A DNA stretch of 60,488 bases, the filler included. It is 4 parts of 4 records of this genome, joined end to end, with 100 filler letters (N's around TTAATTAATTAA, not from the genome) between each part and the next. Parts side by side here need not be neighbours in the genome. Positions count along the whole stretch, not along the records: positions 45,628 to 60,488 come from SRR31147125_439; 3 more parts are not named here. One strand, 5' to 3'. A program made the position numbers and the translations under genes. Positions 51,855 through 60,488 of the stretch are shown in pieces. The number at the start of each line of letters is the position of its first letter. Position 1 is the stretch's first letter. The notes below the pieces were generated by a model. That model was given only the letters and a program-made list of their open reading frames with translations, had not been told where the DNA came from and did no database searches.

Positions 51855-53084
51855 CTAATCTATGTATTTGCTCTGTACTGTCGCTTGTGCTTGATTTAAT
51901 GCTTGTGTAACAGTTAAATCTCCTGCTAAAATTAAATCGAAATATCCTTGTAAATCGTCTGCTACTTCATTAAAGTTTTCTAATGATGGTGGCATCACTA
52001 AATAATTAAGAGAATCAAATACTGCTTGTTTATTTTCTGGTGGTGTAATTGATGTATATACAGATATGACATCATCTGTAAGTGCAACAGGTAAATCCCA
52101 GTTAGCATTCGCACGTAATAAAGCAGTTTCCTCGCTATTCGTTAAAAATGCTGAGAATAATTCTGCTGCTTCTTTAACATTTGAATCTTCACTTATAACT
52201 ACAGCATCACTAAAGAATGCAGTTGCTTTATTTTCAATGCCAGGTTCTACTGCTATATCCCAATCAAATTCAGCTTCTGTAAATGTTGAAAATGCCCAAA
52301 TACCAGTAACGATCATGCCTAAACGTCCAGCCATGAATAAATCCCAATCTCCCATACCACCTAGTTGTTCAGTAGTTGGTGTAACATTAGAGACCATCAC
52401 TCTATCTACCATCATTTGTACAGCTTCGATGTTTTCATCTGAATTAATTGTAAATGCACTTTGGTCTTCGTTCATCATACTTCCGCCATTTTGTGCAACT
52501 GTTTTATAAAACTCCCAAGTTTGAATAGGTCTATAAATACCAAATATATCATCATCTAAAGCTCTAATAGCTTCAGCTGCAGTTAATTCATCAGACCAAT
52601 CCCAGTCATCAGTTGGATATGAAATATTTGCTTGATCAAATAGATCTTTATTATATACTAACACAACATTTGAAAACTTAGTAGGTAAGCCATATTGTTT
52701 ACCATTAATAGAGAATGCATCTAATGCTGTTGCATTGATATTTGAAATGTCCAATGATTCAGTATCAATTTCACTGATTGCACCTTTATCCGCATATGCT
52801 CTAAAGTTTTCAATATTCAATTCAAATACATCTGGTGCTTGATTACCAGCTACTCTAATTGCTAATTGAGTAAAATAGTCATCATATCCTATTGTTTCAA
52901 TATTAACTTTAATATCTGGATATTCTACCTCAAATGCTTCTACCATGTCATCTAATGTATCTTCTTGTCCACCGTTAGATGAATAATTCAAAAATGAAAT
53001 TTCTGTAACACCATCAGACTCTTCACACGCTGCTAATGCAAAACCAAATACCACTAGCAATACAATTACTGTAAATCTTTTCAT
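51855..53084 (-). CDS. Sugar ABC substrate-binding lipoprotein, resembling cycloalternan-binding proteins
   Basis: LAAC lipobox; DDYFT, APDVFELN, FSNVVLVYNKDLFD, EFYKTVAQNGG, TGIW, NWDLP, TPPEN..AVFDSL. Confidence 0.88.
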   Translation of the reverse strand: MKRFTVIVLLVVFGFALAACEESDGVTEISFLNYSSNGGQEDTLDDMVEAFEVEYPDIKVNIETIGYDDYFTQLAIRVAGNQAPDVFELNIENFRAYADKGAISEIDTESLDISNINATALDAFSINGKQYGLPTKFSNVVLVYNKDLFDQANISYPTDDWDWSDELTAAEAIRALDDDIFGIYRPIQTWEFYKTVAQNGGSMMNEDQSAFTINSDENIEAVQMMVDRVMVSNVTPTTEQLGGMGDWDLFMAGRLGMIVTGIWAFSTFTEAEFDWDIAVEPGIENKATAFFSDAVVISEDSNVKEAAELFSAFLTNSEETALLRANANWDLPVALTDDVISVYTSITPPENKQAVFDSLNYLVMPPSLENFNEVADDLQGYFDLILAGDLTVTQALNQAQATVQSKYID

Positions 53085-53112
53085 ACTTTTCTCCTCTTCT
53101 TTCTATTTTCAC

Positions 53113-54729
53113 TTATGATTTAACTATCATTACAATAGCATCATAAGGTTTTAAACTTATTTTATCTTTGCTCACATCAATATCATCATTCGAAATTACG
53201 ACATGATCAACTTGATCAATATTTTCTATTTCAAATGATTGATTATAAAAATTGCAATAAATTATCATCGTCATCTTTTTATATTGTCTTTTATATGCAA
53301 ATAAATAAGGATGTTCTCGATGAATTAGTTTAAAATTTGCTTTTTCAATAAAATCAGCATATCGAGAGAATCTTCTTAAATGGATAAGCCTTCTATAATA
53401 ATGCAATATAGATGACTGATTTTCTATTGCTTTGTCAACATTGATCTCTTTATATTGTGGATGAACATCAATCCAAGGTGTGGTAGCACTAAATCCAGCA
53501 TTAACCAAATTAGACCATTGCATAGGTGTTCTCGCATTATCCCTTCCTTTAACATTAAGCGACTTAAAAATATCATCTAATTCATATCCTTTTTGTAATC
53601 TATCTTTTAACATATTAAATGATTCAATATCTCTTAATTGATTTTTATTTGTAAATGGATAATTTATCATGCCTATTTCTTCACCTTGATATATATAAGG
53701 TGTACCTTGCATAAAATGTAATAAGGTTGCTAACATCTTTCCAGATTTTTCTCTATATGTTTTATCGTTGCCCCATCTAGAAATGACTCTAGGAAGATCA
53801 TGATTATTCCAAAACAATGAATTCCAACCTACATTATATAATTCAACTTGTTGTTGCTCAAATACAAGTTTAAGGTCCATCAAATTAAGTTGTTTTAAAT
53901 CCCATTTTTCTTTTTCTTGATCTAACAACACATGATTAAAATTAAAGATCATTGAAAATTCAGATCCATCTAAATTAGAATATTTTTTAGCTTTTTCAAC
54001 ATTAGCACTCCATGTTTCACCGACAGTAATTAAATCATATTTACTCAACACTCTATCATTCATTTCATGAATATATTCATGTAAATGTGGTCCATCTCCG
54101 GTTATTAAATGATCAATATCTTTTGAAATCATATCTATAACATCAAATCTAAATCCACAAATACCTAATTTTATCCAATATTCTAAAATATCATATATAG
54201 AGAATCGAACCTCTTTATTATCCCAATTTAAATCCACTTGTTCTTTAGAAAACATATGTAAATAATACTCATTTGTTTCTTGATTTAAGCTCCAAGCATC
54301 TTCTAAAAATATTGATTTTAACTCAGATGGTTTTTTTCCATTTTTTGATTCTTTAAATACATAAAAATCATGATATTTATTCTTTTTACTTTTAATTGCT
54401 TCTTTAAACCAAGGATGTTTTGATGATGTATGATTAGCTACTATATCCATCATAATATATATATTTTTTTCTTTTGCTTTTTCAATAAGCTCAACCATAT
54501 CATCTAAAGTACCATATTCTAAATTAATCGATTTATAATCACTAATATCGTATCCATTATCTTTATTAGGTGTCTTATAAACAGGACATAACCAAATAAC
54601 ATTAGCACCTAAATATTTTATATAGTCAAGTTTATTAATAATACCTCTAATATCACCAATACCATCATTATTTGTATCATTGAAACTTCTAGGGTATATT
54701 TGATATACTACAGCCTTTTTCCACCACAT
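53113..54729 (-). CDS. GH13 oligo-1,6-glucosidase/alpha-glucosidase
   Basis: WWKKAVVYQIYPRSF, DNGYD, NHTS, QVDLN, GFRFDVI, VGE, NHD, GRDNARTPMQW. Confidence 0.93.
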   Translation of the reverse strand: MWWKKAVVYQIYPRSFNDTNNDGIGDIRGIINKLDYIKYLGANVIWLCPVYKTPNKDNGYDISDYKSINLEYGTLDDMVELIEKAKEKNIYIMMDIVANHTSSKHPWFKEAIKSKKNKYHDFYVFKESKNGKKPSELKSIFLEDAWSLNQETNEYYLHMFSKEQVDLNWDNKEVRFSIYDILEYWIKLGICGFRFDVIDMISKDIDHLITGDGPHLHEYIHEMNDRVLSKYDLITVGETWSANVEKAKKYSNLDGSEFSMIFNFNHVLLDQEKEKWDLKQLNLMDLKLVFEQQQVELYNVGWNSLFWNNHDLPRVISRWGNDKTYREKSGKMLATLLHFMQGTPYIYQGEEIGMINYPFTNKNQLRDIESFNMLKDRLQKGYELDDIFKSLNVKGRDNARTPMQWSNLVNAGFSATTPWIDVHPQYKEINVDKAIENQSSILHYYRRLIHLRRFSRYADFIEKANFKLIHREHPYLFAYKRQYKKMTMIIYCNFYNQSFEIENIDQVDHVVISNDDIDVSKDKISLKPYDAIVMIVKS

Positions 54730-54744
54730 ATTTTTCTCCTCCGA

Positions 54745-54760
54745 AGTTTAACGGTAAACC
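54745..54760. promoter_or_regulatory. LacI-type operator before the GH13/ABC operon
   Basis: AGTTTAACGGTAAACC, near-palindrome with central CG, next to the GGAGG RBS; 15/16 identical to 55822-55837. Confidence 0.7.
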
Positions 54761-54771
54761 TTTAAAACTTC

Positions 54772-54793
54772 ATAGATGTCTAATGACATCTAT
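54772..54793 (-). terminator. Hairpin after lacI-family gene
   Basis: ATAGATGTC-TAAT-GACATCTAT, 3 nt after the stop; weak U-tract. Confidence 0.45.
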
Positions 54794-54796
54794 TAA

Positions 54797-55810
54797 TTAT
54801 GCCGATTTTTTTTCAATTAATACTACATCTAAATTAACAGTTTTTTCGATATCTGAACGAATATTTAATAAATCAACTAATACTTCTACTGCTTTTTCAC
54901 CTTTAAGTGTTATATCTTGTTTGATAGTTGTTAGTTTTGGTTCGCATAATTCTCCAATATATAAGCCATCAAAACCAACTACTGCAATATCTTCTGGAAT
55001 TTTAATACCATGCTTTTTCAATCCATCAATGACGCCGATAGCTAACATGTCGGAATAAACAAACAATGCATCATAGGCTTCCAAATTGTTTTTTATTTTA
55101 TGGCCTATTTGTTGTCCAAATTCAACACTGGGATAACCTTCGAACAAATACTCATCTTTATAAACCATACTTTGTTCAAAAAGTGCTCTTTTGTACCCTT
55201 TAGAGCGCTGTGTTGAAACACCTTTGTTCCCCATCTCGCTAACAACAACTCCGATTTTTTTATATCCTTTGTTGATTAAGTAATTTGTTGCTAGGTATCC
55301 ACCTTTTTCATCATCAGATATAATCGTGTTTAAATTTAAGTTTTTAGTATATGTATCAACAAAGACACAAGGTACAGGTATATGATTGAATATATGTTTA
55401 ACCTCATCTTCAGTAGCCCCTAAAACAATAACGCCATCTAGATTCCAATTGACAACCAGTTGAGAAACAACTTCATCTTCACTAACAAATCTAAACATTA
55501 AGTAATAACCGAGTTTTCGTAAATGATATTCAATACTATTAATCATTTCACCGTAGAATGGATTTTCAAATGCTTTATCTTTATTAGGATCATTTTTTAA
55601 AGTTTGTGGAATCGCTAGTAAAATTATTTTGGATTTATTCGATTTTAATGATCTCGCGAATAAATTAGGTGTGTAATTTGTCTCCTTTATTATTTTTTCA
55701 ATTTTTTCTCTAGTCTCTTCTGAAACTTTAGAAAACTTTTTATTAATAACATTTGAAACAGTCATTTTACTTACATTTGCTAATTTCGCTATTTCTGAAA
55801 TAGATGCCAT
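54797..55810 (-). CDS. LacI family transcriptional regulator
   Basis: ASISEIAKLANVSKMTVSNVIN, YTPN..ARSL, IPEDIAVVGFD, LTTIKQD. Confidence 0.95.
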   Translation of the reverse strand: MASISEIAKLANVSKMTVSNVINKKFSKVSEETREKIEKIIKETNYTPNLFARSLKSNKSKIILLAIPQTLKNDPNKDKAFENPFYGEMINSIEYHLRKLGYYLMFRFVSEDEVVSQLVVNWNLDGVIVLGATEDEVKHIFNHIPVPCVFVDTYTKNLNLNTIISDDEKGGYLATNYLINKGYKKIGVVVSEMGNKGVSTQRSKGYKRALFEQSMVYKDEYLFEGYPSVEFGQQIGHKIKNNLEAYDALFVYSDMLAIGVIDGLKKHGIKIPEDIAVVGFDGLYIGELCEPKLTTIKQDITLKGEKAVEVLVDLLNIRSDIEKTVNLDVVLIEKKSA

Positions 55811-55821
55811 ATACAACCTCT

Positions 55822-55869
55822 AGTTTAACGGTATACCATTAATTTACTACAAACGCTTCCACTTGTCAA
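55822..55869 (-). promoter_or_regulatory. Sigma-A promoter and autoregulatory LacI-type operator for the lacI-family gene
   Basis: Minus strand TTGACA(55869-55864)-17 nt-TAAATT(55846-55841), then GGTATACCGTTAAACT (55837-55822) just before the RBS. Confidence 0.7.
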
Positions 55870-56018
55870 GTTTTTTTATTATATTTTTTTAATGATTTAA
55901 ATTATTAAATTAAATTGTCAGAGCATTGCTAACTTTTACTTAGCTCCACTACTATACCTATGGTAAAATATATATATAGTTATAAACAGTGTTTTTTGTT
56001 GCTACTGAGGTAAGATAA

Positions 56019-57251
56019 ATGATATATGATGCAATTATCATTGGAGGCGGTCCTGCAGGTCTAATGGCTGCTAACCAATTTGAAAAAGAAAATATAAATT
56101 ATCTGTTATTAGAGAAAAATGATAAATGTGGAAAGAAACTCCTCTTAACTGGAGGTAAACGTTGCAATGTCACAAATCGCTTACCTCTAAAAGAGTTTAT
56201 TTCAACACTCACTTTTAAACATAAAAGATTTGTATCCTGCATTGTCTAAATTTAGTGCAGACGATGTCTTATCATTTTTTAAAATCAGACATCTTGATTT
56301 TGTTTTAGAAAATAATTTTAAATACTTTCCTAAAACAGAAAAAAGCCAAAGTGTTCTTGATGCATTATTAAAAGATCTTAAACCCCATCACATCCATTTT
56401 AATCAAGCTGTTAAAGCACTTCATCACAACAATGATATTTATACATTAAAAACTAAGGATAACTCATATCAAGCAAAACATGTGATTGTTGCGACTGGAT
56501 CTCATAGTTTTCCAACAACTGGCAGTTGCGGTGATGGTCTTATATTTGCCAAACATCTTGGCATTAACTATTTTGATTTCACACCTGCTGAAACACATAT
56601 ATATAGCAATCAAATTAAAACACAATTTAAAGCTCTACAAGGTGTCTCCATTAAAGATACTCATGTAAAAATTAAAAACACTAAAATATCACATCAAGGA
56701 GACTTACTTTTTACACATTTTGGTTTAAGTGGCCCGGTCATTATGCATTTATCAGAATTTATTGATGAAGAAATAAGATCAAATAGTACAGCAATCATAG
56801 AATTTTCGTTAATTCATATGCATCAAGATGCACTATATCAACAACTCACTCACCAAAAAACAATGATGTTACACAAAGTACTTCAAACATATACAACTAA
56901 AAAAATTGTAGAAACTATGCTATCTTATTTAAATATAGAATCAAAGAAAATCATAGAAATGAAGAAAAAGGATTTATTCCTTATTTGTGAAACATTCACA
57001 TCTTTTAAAGTCCTTATTGACCAAGTAGAAAAAAAGAACGTGCTTATGTCAACAAAGGTGGTATTGATACACGTACATTAAATCCTAAAAACATGGAAGT
57101 CAAAGCATACCCTGGTTTATACTTTATCGGAGAAACAACTGACCTACATGGACCTATAGGTGGTTATAATATCACGATTGCCTTATCGACTGGATATATA
57201 TCATCAAATCATATCATATCAAAAACAAAAGGAGAAACACATGGATTTTGA
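56019..57251 (+). CDS. HI0933/BaiN-family flavoprotein; two apparent frameshifts (about 56229 and A7 57029-57035)
   Basis: IIGGGPAGL, GKKLLLTGGKRCNVTN, LFTHFGLSGP, and in the third frame AYVNKGGI..GLYFIGE..D..G..GGYNI. Confidence 0.85.
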
Positions 57252-57714
57252 GATTGTAGAATTAGACCAGCTTAATTTTGTAGGTTTTGCCAAAACTGTA
57301 TCAACAGTTAATGGCAAAAATTTTGAAGAGATTCCAAAAATGTGGCAAACATTTGGAGAAAAACAACTCTACCAAAAACTTATTCCATCAGATGAATTTG
57401 GTATTGTAGGATTATGTTATGATTGGGATCATGCATCAAATCAATTTAAATACATGATCGGTATTAGAACTACTAAAGCACTTGAAGGATTTGAACAAGT
57501 ATCTTTTCCTAAACAAAAATTTGTAAAATTTAAAGCAGTTGGTCCTCTACCAACATCTATTCAAAACGTCGTCAAAGAAATCTATAGCACATGGTTACCA
57601 CAAAGTGTTTATGTGCATAGTGGTGGTCCAGAATTAGAACTCTATGGTCAAGGTGATATGTCATCAAAAGATTATATTTCTTACTATTTAGTACCAATTA
57701 AAGATAAAGCATAA
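57241..57714 (+). CDS. GyrI-like small-molecule-binding domain protein
   Basis: AAGGAG RBS before ATG 57241; IPKMWQ, YMIG, GPLPTSIQ..IYSTWLP, ELELY. Confidence 0.85.
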   Translation: MDFEIVELDQLNFVGFAKTVSTVNGKNFEEIPKMWQTFGEKQLYQKLIPSDEFGIVGLCYDWDHASNQFKYMIGIRTTKALEGFEQVSFPKQKFVKFKAVGPLPTSIQNVVKEIYSTWLPQSVYVHSGGPELELYGQGDMSSKDYISYYLVPIKDKA

Positions 57715-57731
57715 TTTTTTTATAAATTTAG

Positions 57732-57760
57732 TTTACAACCAAGCATTTATTCGTTATACT
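57732..57760 (+). promoter_or_regulatory. Sigma-A promoter for acetate transporter gene
   Basis: TTTACA-17 nt-TATACT upstream of an AAGGAG RBS. Confidence 0.55.
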
Positions 57761-57793
57761 ATTTGAGGCTATTAAAAAAAGGAGAATGAATAA

Positions 57794-58342
57794 ATGAAAA
57801 ATAAATTTAATCCAGCACCCCTTGGACTCTTAGGATTTGGTATGACAACCATCCTATTAAACCTTCATAACGCTGGTATCATTGAATTATCAATGGCAAT
57901 TATCGCAATGGGTATTGCATTAGGTGGTTTTGCACAAATCATTGCTGGTATTTTAGAATTTAAACTTGGAAACACATTTGGTGGCACAGCATTTACTGCT
58001 TATGGACTATTTTGGTTGTCACTTGTGATGATTTGGATCTATGGTGTTGATTATCCACAGTTTGCTGCAGATAAAACATCGATGGGATTCTACTTGTTAT
58101 TATGGGGAATCTTCACAGCATTTATGTTTATTGGCACATTAAAACACAATACTATTTCAAAACTTGTCTTTGGATCACTTGCATTATTGTTTATATTACT
58201 TGCTATCGGTGATTTTACTGGCAACGAAACAATCACAATGATCGCAGGTATCGAAGGTATTATTTGTGGACTATTTGCATTTTATAGTGCTGTTGGACAA
58301 GTGGTTAACAACGAATTTAATAAGACGATTTTACCTTTATAA
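57794..58342 (+). CDS. satP: Acetate/succinate transporter, GPR1/FUN34/YaaH family
   Basis: NPAPLGLLGFGMTT, GNTFG.TAF..YG.FW. Confidence 0.92.
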   Translation: MKNKFNPAPLGLLGFGMTTILLNLHNAGIIELSMAIIAMGIALGGFAQIIAGILEFKLGNTFGGTAFTAYGLFWLSLVMIWIYGVDYPQFAADKTSMGFYLLLWGIFTAFMFIGTLKHNTISKLVFGSLALLFILLAIGDFTGNETITMIAGIEGIICGLFAFYSAVGQVVNNEFNKTILPL

Positions 58343-58346
58343 TCAC

Positions 58347-58375
58347 AAAAAGAACATCAGTGATGTTCTTTTTTT
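58347..58375 (+). terminator. Intrinsic terminator after satP
   Basis: AAAAAGAACATCA-G-TGATGTTCTTTTTTT. Confidence 0.8.
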
Positions 58376-58497
58376 ATGTGTTCGAAATGATAAATTTCAA
58401 TAATATGTATTTTAAAGAATTTATGATTCTCATTTATTTAACATGAATTTTCATAATATAATAGTCTATAAGTCTATATATTTTAGTATTTAATTTG

Positions 58498-58525
58498 AAT
58501 AATAGGACACATGTGCCCTATTATT
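58498..58525. promoter_or_regulatory. 28-bp near-perfect palindrome upstream of the secreted-protein gene
   Basis: AATAATAGGACACATGTGCCCTATTATT, one mismatched pair; TATAAT at 58535-58540. Confidence 0.55.
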
Positions 58526-58579
58526 TTACATAATTATAATGTAAACTAAAGTTATAACTAATAGGAGGAAAGAAAATCG

Positions 58580-59317
58580 ATTAAAAAAATTAGTATTTTT
58601 AGTTTGTTGGCAATATTGATTCCGATTTTTTGTGGTATACAGGTTTATGCTGCTGTACCCGGTGAGGAAGAAGAACAAGACGAGTTGTATTGGATTGCTT
58701 ATTCACAAGCATATGCTCGACAATATAGTTATGTGCACACATATTTTGAATTAGACGAAATGATAAGTTTAAACGGAGCCTATAATGTTCCATCAAGCTA
58801 TCATAAAGTTAGCTTATATATCGACAGATATAATAACGGGGATCTGCCTTATATATATGAAGAGAAAGTTGTGAGTCCTAAAGTTCCATTAATTCCCGAT
58901 GCATCTATTTCTATTTCTAATGGTGAAGAAATTACATATTCATCAACATTTTCACAAAATTATGGGATTGAACTAGAAATTATAAAGGATGTTTTAACAA
59001 CTAGCGCATCAGTGTCATTATCTGAAACTTTTAGTCAGTCATATTGGAGTTCATATAGTTTTCCAGCTACTTATGAATTTGCTATACAAGTTTTAGGAAC
59101 TAATCATGACTATACAAAATATGCAATTGTACACCAGCAAGAATATGCAAAATATAGAACTTTAAATTACGAAGGATTCAAATTCACATGGTTTTGGGGC
59201 TATAAAAGCATTGACAATAGAATCGACTTATGGGAGTATGTGGGATCATCGTATTTCTCTGCGCCATTAGAAGGATTCGAATATCAAACTTTAACTGTTA
59301 AAGGATTCGAATCTTAA
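58580..59317 (+). CDS. Secreted hypothetical protein with Ser/Thr-rich amphipathic beta-hairpin; probable ATT start
   Basis: AGGAGG at 58563-58568, then ATT AAA AAA ATT... gives signal peptide xKKISIFSLLAILIPIFCGIQVYA. Confidence 0.7.
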   Translation: MKKISIFSLLAILIPIFCGIQVYAAVPGEEEEQDELYWIAYSQAYARQYSYVHTYFELDEMISLNGAYNVPSSYHKVSLYIDRYNNGDLPYIYEEKVVSPKVPLIPDASISISNGEEITYSSTFSQNYGIELEIIKDVLTTSASVSLSETFSQSYWSSYSFPATYEFAIQVLGTNHDYTKYAIVHQQEYAKYRTLNYEGFKFTWFWGYKSIDNRIDLWEYVGSSYFSAPLEGFEYQTLTVKGFES

Positions 59318-59335
59318 AAAGAAAGGCTAATATAG

Positions 59336-60127
59336 ATGAAAAAAATAACATTATTGCTGCTGATTATACTATCAAATTTTTGGTTGTATGGATGCGATAA
59401 GAAAATAGATGAATTTTTAGTTGTACCTCATTCAATTAATCAACAAATATATAGTGAAAATGCACAAGTCATTATCCCATTTGTATCTAATTATGAAATA
59501 GGAAATATCGAATATGTTGATTTAGAGATTAATTATCAAAATCAATCAAGTATTGAAGACTATGCATTTGTTAGTTTTGAAAAAGAACTTACCTATCAAG
59601 GTTATGATATTTATTACTTAACATTAAATATAATTGGATTACAAGGAGAACTATACATTGATCAGGCTATACTACGAGGAAATGAAGTATACTATTTTGA
59701 TTTAGATATCACATTATTTGAATACATTGAACATGATGTAACCATATATACGAGTACTGGTGAAGCAAGTTATGTGTTTCCAAAATACATCACTGATGGT
59801 ATCACTTTTGAGCTTCAAGTTGACGAAGAAATTACGATTAATCAAATTTCATTGATTTCTGGGAAAAGATTTAACATTTCATTATTTATTAATCAATACT
59901 CAATTAACGAAAATACATTGATTACTCACCAAAAAGTCGAAGGAGCATTCAGTTTAAATATATCATTTAAAGATGACACACCAAATGAGTATCTAGTGAT
60001 TAGTCAGCTTGCCTTTAAATACCTGGATTCAAATGCTAATTATCATGAGGAAACTGTTTTAATACCACTGTTTTTGGGAACATATGATTCAAGTTCAATG
60101 AACTTTATAGATACACTTATCTCATAA
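59336..60127 (+). CDS. Acidic, beta-rich lipoprotein of unknown function
   Basis: MKKITLLLLIILSNFWLYGC lipobox; 18 nt after the previous gene. Confidence 0.75.
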   Translation: MKKITLLLLIILSNFWLYGCDKKIDEFLVVPHSINQQIYSENAQVIIPFVSNYEIGNIEYVDLEINYQNQSSIEDYAFVSFEKELTYQGYDIYYLTLNIIGLQGELYIDQAILRGNEVYYFDLDITLFEYIEHDVTIYTSTGEASYVFPKYITDGITFELQVDEEITINQISLISGKRFNISLFINQYSINENTLITHQKVEGAFSLNISFKDDTPNEYLVISQLAFKYLDSNANYHEETVLIPLFLGTYDSSSMNFIDTLIS

Positions 60128-60148
60128 AGTACCCCAACACAATATATC

Positions 60149-60184
60149 AAAAAACTGGCTTTCAATTGAAAACCAGTCTTTTTT
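60149..60184. terminator. Bidirectional terminator between convergent genes
   Basis: A-run-ACTGGCTTTCAATTGAAAACCAGT-T-run. Confidence 0.6.
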
Positions 60185-60185
60185 G

Positions 60186-60488
60186 TTATGATTTGTTTTT
60201 AACTTTTTGAATATATGCATCGATTTGATTTCTTTTTGATTGATTAATTGTATAAACACCTCTAGTTATACGCTTAAAATATCCGTCATAATTCTTTTGG
60301 AGTATAGATGCAGTTTTATCAATGTGCGTTGCCTCTTTAATCTGTTTAGGTGAGGCCTTCTCCACTTCAAGCAAATAAGATGCAATTTCAATAACTTGTT
60401 CTTTATATAGGGTCATACTTGAACCTTTTGTCCCACCGATGTTTCTATGGAATTTTCTTAATGTGAGTTCTTCAACGAGTTGCTTTTT
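60186..60488 (-). CDS. DUF2161-like (putative PD-(D/E)XK) protein, C-terminal part
   Basis: Frame open to the window edge: EELTLR..RNIGG...MTLYKEQ..IA..L...ILQKNYDGYFKRITRGVY. Confidence 0.7.
   Translation of the reverse strand, partial: KKQLVEELTLRKFHRNIGGTKGSSMTLYKEQVIEIASYLLEVEKASPKQIKEATHIDKTASILQKNYDGYFKRITRGVYTINQSKRNQIDAYIQKVKNKS

Noticed and set aside
1-60488. CRISPR arrays, tRNA/rRNA, integron attC arrays, IS elements
   Set aside because: No regularly spaced repeats, RNA-gene signatures, integrase or transposase motifs were seen by eye; a covariance-model scan was not possible.

Overview
This window is not one locus. It is four unrelated fragments joined by three 100-nt artificial spacers (N44-TTAATTAATTAA-N44) at 16334-16433, 30338-30437 and 45528-45627. 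Taxonomy below is inferred from protein style and composition only. Fragment 1 (1-16333, Bacteroidota-like): a translationally coupled terpenoid operon (radical SAM/SPASM C-terminus, DUF116-polyprenyl synthase fusion, prenyltransferase-repeat protein, DxDD-type squalene-hopene-cyclase-like enzyme), prfC, a GAF protein, a Crp/Fnr regulator with candidate boxes, and a chemosensory cluster. That cluster has STAS-cheY-cheA-cheW-cheR-cheD-cheB plus a CheZ-motif coiled-coil protein and a kinase-like protein lacking the canonical phosphoacceptor His. Fragment 2 (16434-30337, Clostridia-like): hexuronate catabolism (uxaC, uxuA, uxuB-like, kduI, kduD, kdgF) with a lipoprotein TRAP transporter and a YesM/YesN-type two-component system. 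Fragment 3 (30438-45527, higher GC, possibly KSB1/FCB-like): secreted CAZyme-like genes interleaved with intact, eroded and orphan toxin-antitoxin-type genes. Fragment 4 (45628-60488, very AT-rich, Acholeplasmatales/Izemoplasmatales-like, code 11): a LacI-controlled alpha-glucan locus resembling cycloalternan uptake/degradation systems, and a secreted protein with a beta-pore-forming-like hairpin paired with a lipoprotein. Several genes are split by 1-nt deletions in A7/T7 runs, most likely sequencing error. No rRNA, tRNA, CRISPR array or transposase was recognised.
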